Positions 12,028 to 23,825 of a DNA stretch of 64,000 bases are shown here, one piece after another (position 1 is the stretch's first letter; each line of letters opens with the position of its first letter). The notes beneath the pieces are model-generated. The model saw only the letters and a list, made by a program, of their open reading frames with translations. It was not told the origin of the DNA and did no database searches. The stretch covers positions 50,113 to 114,112 of the forward strand of contig QPMI01000072.1 of NCBI GenBank assembly GCA_004431415.1, in the 5' to 3' direction. The position numbers were made by a program, and so were the translations under genes. This DNA is from Cyanophora paradoxa CCMP329 (Eukaryota > Plantae > Glaucophyta).

Positions 12028-15000
12028 TCACCCCCCGCCCCCGCCCCTGCCCCTGCCCCGCACGGCCGCCATCGCTGCTGCGATCCGCCGCTCGGCCGAC
12101 GTCGACCGCTGCGGCGACCGCTGCGGCGAGCGGCCGGCGCCGCCGCCCCTTCTGCCCTCGCGCTCGGCGCCGGGGCCGGAGCCTCGCCCCACAGCTGTGC
12201 TTGCTCGGGGCGGGGCTGTGGCGCGGCGCCCGGCGGCGCCGGCGGCGGCGGCGGCGCCGCCGCTTATGCTAGCGCCAGCCGCGGGGGCGCCCCCGGCGAG
12301 CGTAACCGCCCTCCCGCGCCCCGCGGCGCCGGGTGCGATGCGAGCAGCGCCGGCGGCGGCCCCCGCCCTGGGCTGTAGCCCGGCGCGCGCCAGCCGGCGC
12401 CGCACCTGAAGAGGAGGAGGGGTCATGATCAAGAAGAGGGGGGGAGGTAGGGGTAGGGGGGGGGTACCGCGAAGCCTCGCCAGTGGGCCTGGATGCGGAC
12501 CGCGGCGCGCGAGAGCCGCACCACCTCGTCGACCCCTGTACCCCACCCGCGCCGCCCCGAGTCAGAGGAAAAGAAAGAAAGGGGCCGAGCACTAGTGCCG
12601 CCGAGTCATCAGAGGGGAAGAAAGCTCAAGATCGAGGGCCGCTAGCTGACGCTGGTGCAGCTAGCAAGAAAGAAAGGGCTGGTGCGCTTTTGTGAGGCTG
12701 GAAGGAAGGGCCGCTAGCTATAAATAGCTAGCTATAAAAGGGTCCCCTCTAGCGAGAGGCTCTAGTACAGTCAGAGGGAAACAAAGAAGGGGTCCAGTAC
12801 TAGGGCCGCCGAAGAAGAAGAAGAAGGGTCCAGGGCCGCCAGCTATATATAGCTCACGCCGGTGGAGCTAGCAAAAAAGAAAGGGACGGTGCGCGTTTGT
12901 GAGGCTGGACGAAAGGGCCGCTATCTATAAATAGCTCACGCCGGTGCATGGCGGGGTCCTGCAGTGCCCCCTAGGTGGGCGGCCTGTACCCCTGTATATA
13001 TAGCTCTAGGCGCTAGCTATATATAGCTCACGCCTGTACCCCTGTACCCCTGTACCCCACCCGAAAGGGCCGCTAGCCAAGTATAGCTCACGCCGGTGCA
13101 TGGCCGGATCCTGAAGCGACGAGATGACGCTCTGCAGCAGCGGCATCGCCCCCTGCAGCGCCCCCGCCTGAAGGGGGTACGGGTACCGAATTAGAATAAG
13201 GGAGGGGGGGGAAGAGGAGGGGGTACGGGTACGCGGCACCCGGCGGCGGCGCTCCTCGTCGTCGGCGGCCTCCCATTCATCGTCCTCCGCCGAGCGGGAG
13301 GGGGCCCGCCCAAGCGGGGCCGGCCGCTGCGCCGCGGCGGCGGCGGGGGCCCGCCTGCGCGAGGGCGCGTAAATAAGGTCCAGACGGAGGGGAGGGGAGG
13401 GAGGGCGGGCAGGCTGGCTCGTGTCTAAACGGAGGCTCTGGGCAAGGTCTCAATATAAGGTCTAGTACTAAGGTCTAGGCTAGGTCCTAATTATAAGGTC
13501 TAGGCCGGTGGGGCTAGGTCCTTGGGTCTGGGCGGTCCAAAAGGATGGTCCACGGTCTAGGAAGAGGGGAAGGGGGGGGATGGGGGGGAAGGGGGGGTAG
13601 GGAGGGAGGGGTAGGGAGGGAGGCCTCCGAGCGGTCCAGAAGGACTGGGCGAGCCTCGGCGGATGGTCCACGGTCTAGGAAGGGGGGGGGGGGGAAGGGG
13701 GGGGGTAGGAAGGGAAGGTGTAGGGAGGGAGGGGTAGGGAAGGAGGTCTCCGAGCGAGGATGGAGAGAGAGGGGGGGTACGCACGGCGGCACGGGGATGG
13801 CGGAGGGCTCGGGGGGTACGTCGATCGGGGACGCCGAGGCGCGCGGCGGCTGCGGCTCGGGGACGGGCGCCTGCGCGGGGGAGGTACGGGATCGCATCAG
13901 AGGGGGTAACAGCCCGGCCCTTCCCGGTCGGCCCGGTCGGTCGGCCTGGACTGACCGGCGCGCTGCGCTTGGCCCGCTCCTCGGCCAAAGTCTCCAGGTA
14001 CCTCCGGAGCTGCGCAGTTGGGACCCGGGCCCGTCAGAAGAGGAGGAAATCGAACCCTCCGGATTCGAACCCGCGCGCGCGCCTTCTCGACCTGGCCCTC
14101 GGTGTCGGCCCACTCCGTGGCGCCCCCGCGGGCCGCCCCGTCCAGGAACCTGCGAACGAGGAACGAAGCGGGGCGCCTCAGAAAATGTATGTCGAAGGCC
14201 TTATTCAGTAAAAAGTAACAGTAATAACAGTAATAAGAAGGCCTTAGAAGCCCTAGGAACCTCATTTAATATAATCAAGAACCTGAGGAGAGGAGAGGCC
14301 GATTCTTCCCAGAACCTGATTCTTCCCAGACATACAAGAAGCTCAAGAAGAAGGGGCGCCCTGACCTTAGGAGGCCGCAGAGGTCGCGCTGGCCCTGGGC
14401 CTTAGATCTAGCCTAGGAACCCTAGAAATTCTCCTATTTCAATTAACGAACCTTAGGAGTCTTAGGAACCTCATAGCTACTATTGCTATGATTACTATTA
14501 CTATTGCGAGGGCCCGGTCCTCTGCATATCCTCCCCATGCGAAAGTCTCACCTTAGGAGGCCGCGCAGGTCGCGATCGCCCTGGGCGCCCCTAGAGAAGA
14601 AGGCCCTAGAAGCCCTAGAAGGCCGCGGAGGAGGAATAAGAAGGCCCTAGAAGCCCTAGAGACCTCATCTCATCGCTATTGTTCCCATACAAAAAGCTTA
14701 AGAAGGGGCGCGCTGACCTGAGGAGGCCGCGAAGGTCGCCCTGGGCCCCCCGCTCGAACTCCCCGAGCCGCTCGGCGAGCCGGCGGCCCCGCTCCTGCGG
14801 CCCCGCCCCGCGCTCTTCAATGATAAAGGAAGGAAGGGAGGAAGGAAGGAAGGAAAGGAAGGGAGGGGAGGAGGGGGCGCGCACCTGCAGCGCCGCCACG
14901 TGCTCCATCGTCCGCCGGCGCTCCGCCGCGATCTTAGGGGAGCGAGGTATGAGCGGGGGAGAGAGGAGTGAGAGGGGGAAGGGGGGGGGGGGGGGGGAGG

Positions 15001-16657
15001 GGGAGGGGGGGGTGCAGAAGGTGAGGATTGATGGGCGTGGGAGATTAGAGCGAAGGGACAAACGGGGCGGAGGAGGGCGGAGGAGGGAGGTGTGTGCGTG
15101 TGTGTGTGTGGGTGGAGGGGGGGGAGGGGAGGGGGGTACGGGGCGCGCCTTGTCGGCGTACTCGCCGGCGGTCTGCCGCATGAGGCCCGCGCGTCGCCCT
15201 GCCGCCTCAGCTCCGCCAGCTGAAGCGAGGGGTTAGAAGGGGTAGGGGAGGGGGGGGTGGAAGGTGGAAGATGAGCAAAGACAGAGCGGAGGAGAGGAGA
15301 TGGGGCGGTGCGCTCTGAGGGCGCCCGCCAGCGCGCCACGGCAGCGCGAGGAGGAGGAGAAGGGGAGGGGGGGGGGGGCGCGGGGGGGAAGGGAGGGAGG
15401 GGCACCTTGGCTCTCGAAGCGGCGCGGACGGGCAGCCCGTCGAAGGTCTCGAGGGGGGGTACGTCGAGGACCGCGAAGCGGTAGTCCGGCAGGGAGCTCA
15501 GCGGGTTGCCCTGCGCACCGCGCGCGCGCCGCCCGGGCGTGAGCCGCCTCCCCCCCGGGGGTACGGGGCGAAAGGCTGAGGCTTGGGCGGGGTACAGGCG
15601 CGCCGAGGCGGTGAGGGAAGAGAGGCGCGGGAGGGGAGCAAGAGTCGAGACGAGGTGCCTCAGGTCCTCCAGCTTGTTGTGGGAGACGTTGAGAGACGTG
15701 AGGGAGGCGCAGGCGGCCAGCCCGGGTACGGAGGCCAGGCGGTTCCGCTGGAGCTGGAGGCTCTGTACGCGGCGCGAGCGCGCGCGAGCGAACGAAGCTA
15801 AGCAAAGGGTACGGAGCGAACGAAGTGGGAGGAAGGAAGGCGGGCGCGGGGCGCGCCTGCAGGGAGGAGAGCTGCAGCAGCCCGTCTCCGATCGTTTCGA
15901 GGGCGTTTCCCGCCAAGTTGAGCGAGGTCAGAGAAGAAGAAAGGGACGAGATTCCGGCCAGGTCCTCGATCTGGTTCACGCTCGCGTCCTGCGCGGCGCG
16001 GCGCGTGAGACGCGGTCGTGGGGCGCGGTCGCTCGCTCGGCAAAGAACAGGAAGAGGGAACCAGGTGGGAGAGCGCGGGGAGGTTATCCAGCCCTTCCAG
16101 GTGCTTCAGCTTGTTGTTCGAGAGATTCAGAGACTTTAGCTTGGGCAGCGCGAGCGTCCCGGGCGCCACCGCCGAGATTTGATTCTGCGCGGAGGACGCG
16201 CGGGTCGGCGAACGAACGGGGGCCGAGCGGGAGGCGCGCACGACGCTCAGATTCAAGGATACAAGCGACGTCCATCGGGAGAGGGGCGGCCCGACCGCCG
16301 CGAGGTCGTTCACGGACAGGTTCAAATCGACGCAAAGCTCGGCGATGTAGAGGCACTGCCGGTCCTCCGAGCTGCGCACGGGCGCCTCGTTAGCTTCTCG
16401 AGGGCGCGTGGAACCGCGGCGGAGCGCCGCGCGCACAGCGGGGGCTTCCAGACGTCCAACACGTCGAGGCCGCGCAGGAGCGCGTGCGAGAAGTCCACGC
16501 CGAACGCGGAGGCACCCACGCCGCTGAATAGGGGAATGCGGTGGGGCCTTATGGCGTCCCGCTCGTACTGCAGGTCCGCGTCCGGCGGCGCCGATGCCTT
16601 CGAGCGCGCCTTGAACGCCTCGGCCAGCGAGCGCGCCGGCGCCCCCGAGGACCGCAT
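12028..16657 (-). CDS. LRR (SDS22-like) + LRRcap + coiled coil + IQ-motif protein (LRRIQ/CEP97-like architecture)
   Basis: Exons encode LNLSVNDL, LKSLNLSNNKLKHLEGLDNLPAL, LTSLNLAGNALETIG, LTSLNVSHNKLEDL, GNPLSSLPDYRFAVL. Exon about 12467-12535 spliced to the exon starting near 12405 gives AAVRIQAHWRGFAVRRRL (IQ motif). Stop at 12028. Middle exons only partly resolved. Confidence 0.7.
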
Positions 16658-17091
16658 GAGGCTTAGCTACGCAGCTCAGCTAGTCTGGCTCATGATCGGG
16701 CCTGCTCGCGACTTGCGCGTGCTCAAGAACGCAGTAACCCCCGACCAGATCGCCTGGCATCGCCAGGTCACCGCCCCGCCCCGCCTCGCCACATGCGCAT
16801 GCGAATTCGAAAGCTCACGGCCGCGCCTCATTCGCGTATCATGCGTTACGTCGGCGCAGCTACAGCAGTCGCCCAGCTCACTGCAGCTAGCGCTGGCCGC
16901 CGGGCGCCTAAGTACACGCCGCGCGCCGCGGCGCCGTGGTACTGCGCCCGCGCCCGCTAACGACGAACGAGGCTCCGGCTCGAGCGCAGCGGCGCGCGCA
17001 GTGCGCCCGCCTAGTTCTCGAGCTCCGGATCCGGTTTGCTAGCGCTCCGGCTCCCGGAGTCCGCCTCGAGGTCAGCGCGGCGCGGGGCCCG

Positions 17092-19410
17092 CTACTTGTT
17101 CTCGTCGAAGCGCGTGTGCCCCGTCGCCTTCGCGTGCTCCAGCGCGCCCTTCTCGCCCTGCGCGCGCGCCGCCCCCGGATCGAATCAGATCAAACCAGAT
17201 CAAATCGGATCGAATCGGATCAAATCGGGAGCGGGCCTTGAGCTTGGTGCCGCACTGGAGGCACTTGAGGGAGAACGAGGACGTGTCCGTGAAGTCGTGT
17301 TTCTGGGTCGGGGCCGAGCCGCCGCGTCACGCGAAGAAGAAGACCGAAAGGCGGACTAAACGCTAAGCCTGAAGGTGAACTAAGCGCGATTTAGTCGTTT
17401 CTCTGACCCGGGGCCGAGCCACCGAGTCAGGCGAAGAAGGAGGGCTAGAAGAAGAAATCTAAGCCTGAAGGCGGGGGGGACTAATAAAGCCTGAAGGCGG
17501 ACTAAAGGCGGACTAAACGCGTGGCCTAAAAGGCGGACTTCAAAACGCATGAATCGCGTACCCGGTGGAGCTCGGCGACGAGCCTCCACGCGAGGTCCAT
17601 CGGGGCCGTCTCCGGCGGGCTGAAGACTGCGCCAAGCAAGGAAGCAGGCAAGGAGCAGAGGCGTCAGCCAGCCCTGCTTCCTCAAGGCCTCAAGCTTAAG
17701 GCCGGCCCTAATGATTGGATAGGATTATGATTGCTGACTGCGACAAGCAAGGAAGCAAGGAAGCTTCCTCATATTTATGATTATGATCATGATCGCTGAG
17801 CTCAGCGAGTGAGCCGCGGCGGTTAGCAAGCTTAAGGAAGGAGCCGAGGCTTTAGCTCTGCTCTGCTTCCTAAAGGCCTTAATTATACAGCCGGCTCATA
17901 TGGATATGATCGATATCATGATCGCTGAGCTCAGTGAATGAGCCGCGGGGGCCGCGGCTCGCTCGTACCCGTCTGGTCGGCGAAGGTGGGGGCGTCGGGG
18001 AAGGGGGCCAGGGCCAGAGCGTCGTAGTGGATGCCGTCTGGGCGGGAGGGGTAAGGGAAATAAAGGAAGGAGGGGGTAGTGGACGAGAGAGGGGGGTACG
18101 GGGTGATCACCGTAGAGGAGCATGACGCGCTGGTTGTACCCCGCGCCCTCGCCGTACAGGTCCACACGCGTACCCCTGCGCCGTTCGTTGCCCCATGTGC
18201 CGAAGGCGGGTTGTAGGGGTAGAGGCGCGGGCCGCACGAAATCAGGTCAAACGCGGCGATCTCCTGCAAACGAAGTGTGGGGTACAGGTTCATAGCAGTC
18301 CGTCGGCGATGGGGGGATTGATGGGGAGGGGTACGGAGCGCACGGTGCGGTAGTGCCTGGAGAGGATGGACAGCTCGATGGCGCCGCCCCAGCTGTTGGG
18401 GCTCAAAATCCACTTCTGGTACTCCGCGTTCGTCTTGCCCAGCACCGCCTGTACCCCCCGAACCCACCACTGAGCGGGACGCGCCGGGGGGCGAGAGCGA
18501 TCCGTTAGATGCAGCGCGGCGCCGGGGGCTACCTCGTTGTACTCTTCCGGATCCGCGCCGACGGCTGCACCGATTCCGGAGGGGTGCAGTTACAGTGAGC
18601 TTCGGAGCGCGGGGCCGCGGGCCGGGCGGCCGGGGCGGGTTGCCGGCGACTCGCCGCGCCGCGCCGCGCACCGTTCGCGATGAGGCGGCGCAGCTGCGGG
18701 GCCTTCGTGACGTCATGCCCCTCGAGGACGTACCCCACCGAGCTGAAGAGGCAGCTGTTGTCGTCCGCCACCTTGCGCCTGCGAACGCAGCTGACGGGCG
18801 GCTCGTGCGCTTCCGGACTGCACGGGGCTCACCTCACGACGCACTCCTCCTCCTGCGCCGAGAGCGCCGCCGCAGGCGCCGGTGCACGCGCGGGCGCCGG
18901 CGCCGCGGGCGCCGCCGTCGCGGGCGCCGATGACGAGGCCGGGGGAGCCGACGCCGCTGCGCCGCCGCCCCTGTCCTGGACCTGCAATCCACGCAAGCCG
19001 CATGGATGTGCATCAGCGGCGTGCACGACGCGCGTCCGTAGAGGGGGGCGGGCGCGCGGGACCTGGAGCGATTCGCCGGACCTGATTTGAAGTGGTCACG
19101 CGGCCGCGGCCCGTCGAGCCCGCGCGGGCGCAGGAGGGAGCAGGCGCACTTGATCAGGCTAGAGAGAGGGTCGGTCGGGCTCGCCGGCGCGAGCTCCTTC
19201 GGCGGGAACCCGGCGAGAACTGCGCATGCGTGGCGGCGTACGTGGGCGGCGGCAGGCGGGGGCGCGGGTCGACGGCGCACCCTTCGCGCGCTCCGCTGGC
19301 ACGCCGGCGGCGCTGGCAATCTGCGCGAGCGCCTCTTGCCAGGGGAGCACGCCGTCGAGCTTGAGCGTCGACTGGCCGCCCGGGCCCTTGACGCGCAGCT
19401 GCAGCGCCAT
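17092..19410 (-). CDS. OTU1: Ubiquitin thioesterase OTU1/YOD1 (UBL + OTU + C2H2 zinc finger)
   Basis: [12 protein letters not shown]...AGFPPK (UBL); [10 protein letters not shown] (catalytic Cys); [10 protein letters not shown]; [11 protein letters not shown] (catalytic His); [40 protein letters not shown] (ZnF). Confidence 0.93.
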
Positions 19411-19538
19411 ATGCGACTTCGAAACCGACTGAGCTTCCCGCGCACGAACTCCGAAGGCAGCACGGGGGGAGGTGCTGTACCCCAACTGTGAGGGTACAGG
19501 TCGACTGCAGACCTTGCTGAACCAGGAGCGGCGTCAGC

Positions 19539-20295
19539 GATGATCTACGACGTGTACGTTGTCCCCTGCGACGTCTGAGTCGCGTCTTGGACGCCAATGC
19601 TCGCCGCGCAGGAACTCGATCCTCTACAGGAGCTTCCTCTCCAGCGGAGGCCTTTCCAAGCAGTGCGTGTCCTCCCTCACCGATCCCGAACGCCTGAAGC
19701 CGCGAATGACGGCGTCCATCGCGGCGTCCGGCTGATCGCGCTAGTCCGATCTCGTCGCCGAACCCTCCCGCTCGGGCGTTCTGCCGATCCCGCTGACCGC
19801 GGTGCGCTCGTCGAGCAGGAAGCAGGGCGAGGGCAAGAAGCCCCGCGAGCCTCGCATCGACACGGGCAAGGACAAGATGCCCATCTCCGATGGTTAGACG
19901 CGGTGCGCTCCGCTCGCTCGCTCGCCATCGGTCGCCATCGCCGCCAAGCTAATGATCAATCGCGCAGATCGGCCAGCTGAGCCGTCGGCGGAGACCTGGC
20001 TCGGCGCCGACGGAGACGTAGACCAATAGCTTAGGCGTGTGTTCCGTCTCAGTCATTTAGATTCATAGTTGCAGTACTCTAGCTTTATCGAAGGCTTCAC
20101 TTCGTGCGTCCTCGGCGCGCTCCGTCCCGCCCGGCGTCACCACCAACTGGCCCGGGGCCGCAGTGAGGGATGGCAGTGACTACTACAAGCACACGTGTTC
20201 AGCCCCGCCCATCGCGCCCGCATCGTCGTCTTCGTCTGGCCCCGGGGGCTGAAGATTCTTGCACATGACCTAGAGACGTTGGGACCCGGGAACTA
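19539..20295 (+). other. Possible small or degenerate multi-exon gene divergent from OTU1
   Basis: ATG 19539 MIYDVYVVPCD, then cag-bounded protein-like pieces (NSILYRSFLSSGG; YSSFIEGFT; HRARIVVFVWPRGLKILAHDLE). Splice phases do not join cleanly. Confidence 0.25.
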
Positions 20296-20579
20296 GACAC
20301 CGCGGCCATGGCACAGCGACCGGCTGCCGCCGACGTGCCGCTGGCCGCACCGCGGCTCAGCTGCTGGCCGCACCGCGGCTCAGCTGCAGGCCGCGGCGGC
20401 CCATCATGGCATGCAGGCCCGAGGCTGCGGCAGCCATACCAGCGTCCGTCGGGTCAATGAGCGCCACCTCCGATTCGACTCCCGCCGCCCCCAGCGGCCG
20501 CGATTGGGATGTCTGACTAGATCTAGAGCTCGAGAGCTGATATGCAGAGCCGTGCGCTGAACGCGACTCGGAAGCGAGG

Positions 20580-22229
20580 AGGGACTCAGGCTCGTCTCTG
20601 AGGGTGCGGCGTACCCCCGGGAGGAGCCGAAACAACGAGGAGAAAGGGCGGAGGCTGCGGGGCCCTCGGCGCCAGCCCGATCGCCGCCCCGCGCGGCCGC
20701 GGCCGCCTCGCGCTGCGATCAGAGCGTAAGCAGGGGTAGGGGGGAAGCAGGGAGTGGGCACGAGCGCACGAGGTCAGCGAGGGCCGAGCGGAAGAGAGAC
20801 TCGTCCGCAAACGCGGCGCTGAAGCGCGGGTCTGCGGGCGGGGGGCGTGAGCGAGCGAGAGGGGTACAGGGACACCGGCGGGGGCGGGCGCACCGCGGAG
20901 GGCGAGCGCGAGCTGCTCGGCGGCCGCGCGGCGCAGCTCGGGATCGAGGGCCGCCCCCTGGTAGATCCGCTGGAGCTTGTCAAACTCGGAAGCCTGGAAC
21001 GAGCCCGCCGGCCCGCGCGCCGCCGGTCCCTCGTCGAACTCGTCGCCAGGGGCGTCCGCGTCGAGAAGAGAGCCGAAGGGGTCCCTCAGGCGCCGCCCCA
21101 GCCGTACGCGGTCCTGTGGGGGAACAAGGTCGGAAACGCGGAGCGGGCGGGGGGTACGACAACGCACATGGCCGTCCAGAGCGTCGAGGAAGTCAAGGGC
21201 CGCCGGCTCGGCGAGCCGCAGCGCCTCGGCCGCCTCCCGTCGGGCCCTGCCGCAAGGAATGAGTACACGGAACAAGAATGGTAGGAAGGAGGGGCGGGCG
21301 CTCGCACCACTCGGCGCCGGAGAAGAGCCCGCGAATGAGGTGGCGGAGCCGATCCGGGGCGGAGAGGCGCTGCTCCAGGGCGCGCGCGAGGCGCCCGAAC
21401 GGCCCCGGCAGCGCCGCGCGGTTCTCGAAGCCGTCGTCCTCCGCCGCCTCGCCCGCGGCGCGGGCCAGGATCCAGGCGTCAAGCGGGCCGAGTGCCGCGG
21501 CCAGGCAACCCGCCCCGTCGAGCCGCTCGGCGGCCGCGAGGACGAGTGCGGAGGCGGCGGAGGCGGCGGCCGGCTCCAGATCGTCGAGGCCGCGGGAGAG
21601 GAGGTGAAAGAGCAGATCGCCCCCCTGGGCCACCTCCCAGAGGCCCAACGGCGCCGGCCCATCCAGCAGCGCGTTTCGCAGGCGCCCGTAAGCCGCGGCC
21701 CGCACGCGCCCGTGCGGGTTACGCCTCGCCGGGCCTCGGCGGCGGTGAGGAGCATGGGGCGGCGGGCGCCGGCGCAGTTCTCGCGGAAATGGTAGGCGCC
21801 GCGCGGGGCGGGCGAGAACTGCGCCGGCGCCCGCCGCCCCATGCTCCTCACCGCCGCCGAGGCCCTCTTCGAGCCGCGGCCGCCGCCGGGTCGTCCCGCT
21901 GCGCCTCGCCGGCGGCCCGCAGGAGCGCGTCCAGCACGGGTACCGCCCGCTCCGGCTGGTACTGGAGGCCGTGCAGCCACTCGCGGGCCCGCGCGAGGGG
22001 CGCGCGCTGCGGTCCCTCGTCCAAGGCCGCGGATTCGCGAGCCGCCGCCAGGACGCGCCGGCCGTACTCTATCTCCTGCGGGGCGCGTTGGGCACAGCTA
22101 GCTGCACGTAGGGCGGAGCAGGAGGCGGCAGCGCACGTCGACCGAGGCCGGGCCGAGGCGGCGGAGGACCAGGAGGAGCGCGTCACGCAGCTGAGGGCAG
22201 GCCGCCCCAACGTACTCGTCTGCCGGCGC
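20580..22229 (-). pseudogene. Partial rotatin duplicate A (matches about 33850-35352)
   Basis: Near-identical exons and introns (QDRVRLGRRLRDPFGSLLDADAPGDEFDEG, REWLHGLQYQPER); lacks both termini; disrupted by a fold-back insertion. Confidence 0.85.
21731..21865. repeat. Perfect 54-bp inverted repeat with 27-bp spacer
   Basis: 21731-21784 is the exact reverse complement of 21812-21865. Confidence 0.95.
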
Positions 22230-22720
22230 TTCGGTCCTCGTTGCGCGATGAGATCCAGCGGGCGACGGGCGATGACAGTGGGCGGATGACGCCGTATCGA
22301 TCGTAGAAGGGTCCGGACGCCGCCACGCCGTCGGCAGGGGCCGCCGGGCGGCCTGCAGCTGCTCAGACGCCCGACAGCCATCGCCGGCGCCGCCGCCAAC
22401 ATGCAGAGGCGCCGGCTGTGGTACGGCGGGCTGGGCGCTTCGCTGGGCGCTTCAAGCCGCGCGCGCTTGCCTGACGTACAAAAGACTACCAGAGGTAAGG
22501 ACGCAGAAATGCGGCCAATAAGTGTACCCCAAGCCAGTTATCTTTACATTGTACCCGCCTGCGGTTCTCCCACAGGTGTCCTTTTGCTTGCGCTCCGCCG
22601 CTGTCATCATTTCCCGCCAACTGCAAATCGGGCTGACAAGTAAACAGGAGCGTCCACCAGATAGCCGACGCTTCCGAAAAGTAGCTCCTCGTATTCGAAG
22701 TTGGGCGCAGTTCTCAGAAT

Positions 22721-23063
22721 ATGGCAGAATCCTCGCAGGTGCGCGCAGAATCCCTGTCTCCTGACGCGTTGCTGATGAGTGTGCAGGAAGGAAGTCCTGA
22801 TGTTGGCCAGAAGGTGGCCGCCCTTGAGAACATTGTTCGCAGCCTGCAGGAGCGGGCCGACGCGGCAGAGAAGCGGGCCGAAGCCGCAGAGAAGCGGGCC
22901 GAGGGCGAAAGACGGCGGGCCGAAGCTGCAGCGAAGCGGGCTCAGGGCGAAAGACAGCGGGCCGAGGCCGCAGAGGAGCGGGCCCAGGGCGAAAGACAGC
23001 GGGCCGAGGGCGAAAGACAGCGGGCCGAGGCCGCAGCGAAAGAGATCGACCGCTTGGCGAAGG
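22721..23063 (+). CDS. Exon encoding heptad coiled-coil repeats (AEAAEKR / AQGERQR), copy A; probably a gene fragment
   Basis: ORF MAESSQVR...AEAAAKEIDRLAK followed by a gtgaga donor; 21-nt tandem units. Confidence 0.45.
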
Positions 23064-23825
23064 TGAGAGTGTGCGCCCCAGCTTCGTCTCGGTTGCGCGT
23101 GCATCTTATCTGCCGATGCAGAACCCCCTCGCCTTCCTCTTCCCTCGAAAATCCGTCCCTGACGAATGCCGGGCTCTCCTGCGCTCTTGACAGGGGCGGC
23201 GTCTTCTGGCCGGCTTGACCCTGATCTGGGGTGTGTGTTCGGTGCTCGTGGGCTACGTCGGCATCGGTGGCCGGGCGATGGGCAGTCTTGGCCCCTCGAA
23301 TTCATCCTCCTTGAATTGTGTAGTTTCCTTCTTCTCTGTTTTCGCGGCACGTAGAACTTGGAGAGGTCTGTTCGACTTCAACCTGCAATCTTGTGTAGAC
23401 CTGGTGACGCTTACAATTTTAGCAATTCTCTTCGGGTTTTCTTTCACGCATTTCGTGGTCGATGAGAAGGCGTTGGCTTTAGCAACAGCGACATCCTTGG
23501 TGATGAACGCAAGGTTGTTACTCCTGTTTGAGATTTTTCTGAGAACCCCCGGGCCAACCTTGCCCACCAACCGCCCAGTTGAGTCCGAACAGCTGCCTCG
23601 GCCTCTGACCGATTCTGTGAGCGTGTTTAATCCAGCAAGGTAGTAAGCTTGTAAAGTCAATTGCAGACGGTGCGCCCTGCCAGCCCGGCCAGCCCCGGGC
23701 CCCGCTACTCCTCGATTTGGTCGTGGGGCGAGCCGTGCATGCCAACTTTGGGCCAAGATGTACATGTGGCCACATACATGGCCATGGGGGCGTGCACGTG
23801 GGGACAGGGCCCACCTCGGTCCCTC

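Noticed and set aside
23215-23643. Hydrophobic ORF (paralogue 29064-29288) as a membrane protein gene
   Set aside because: TTG start, truncated in the second copy, and no frame is clearly conserved; strand and frame unresolved
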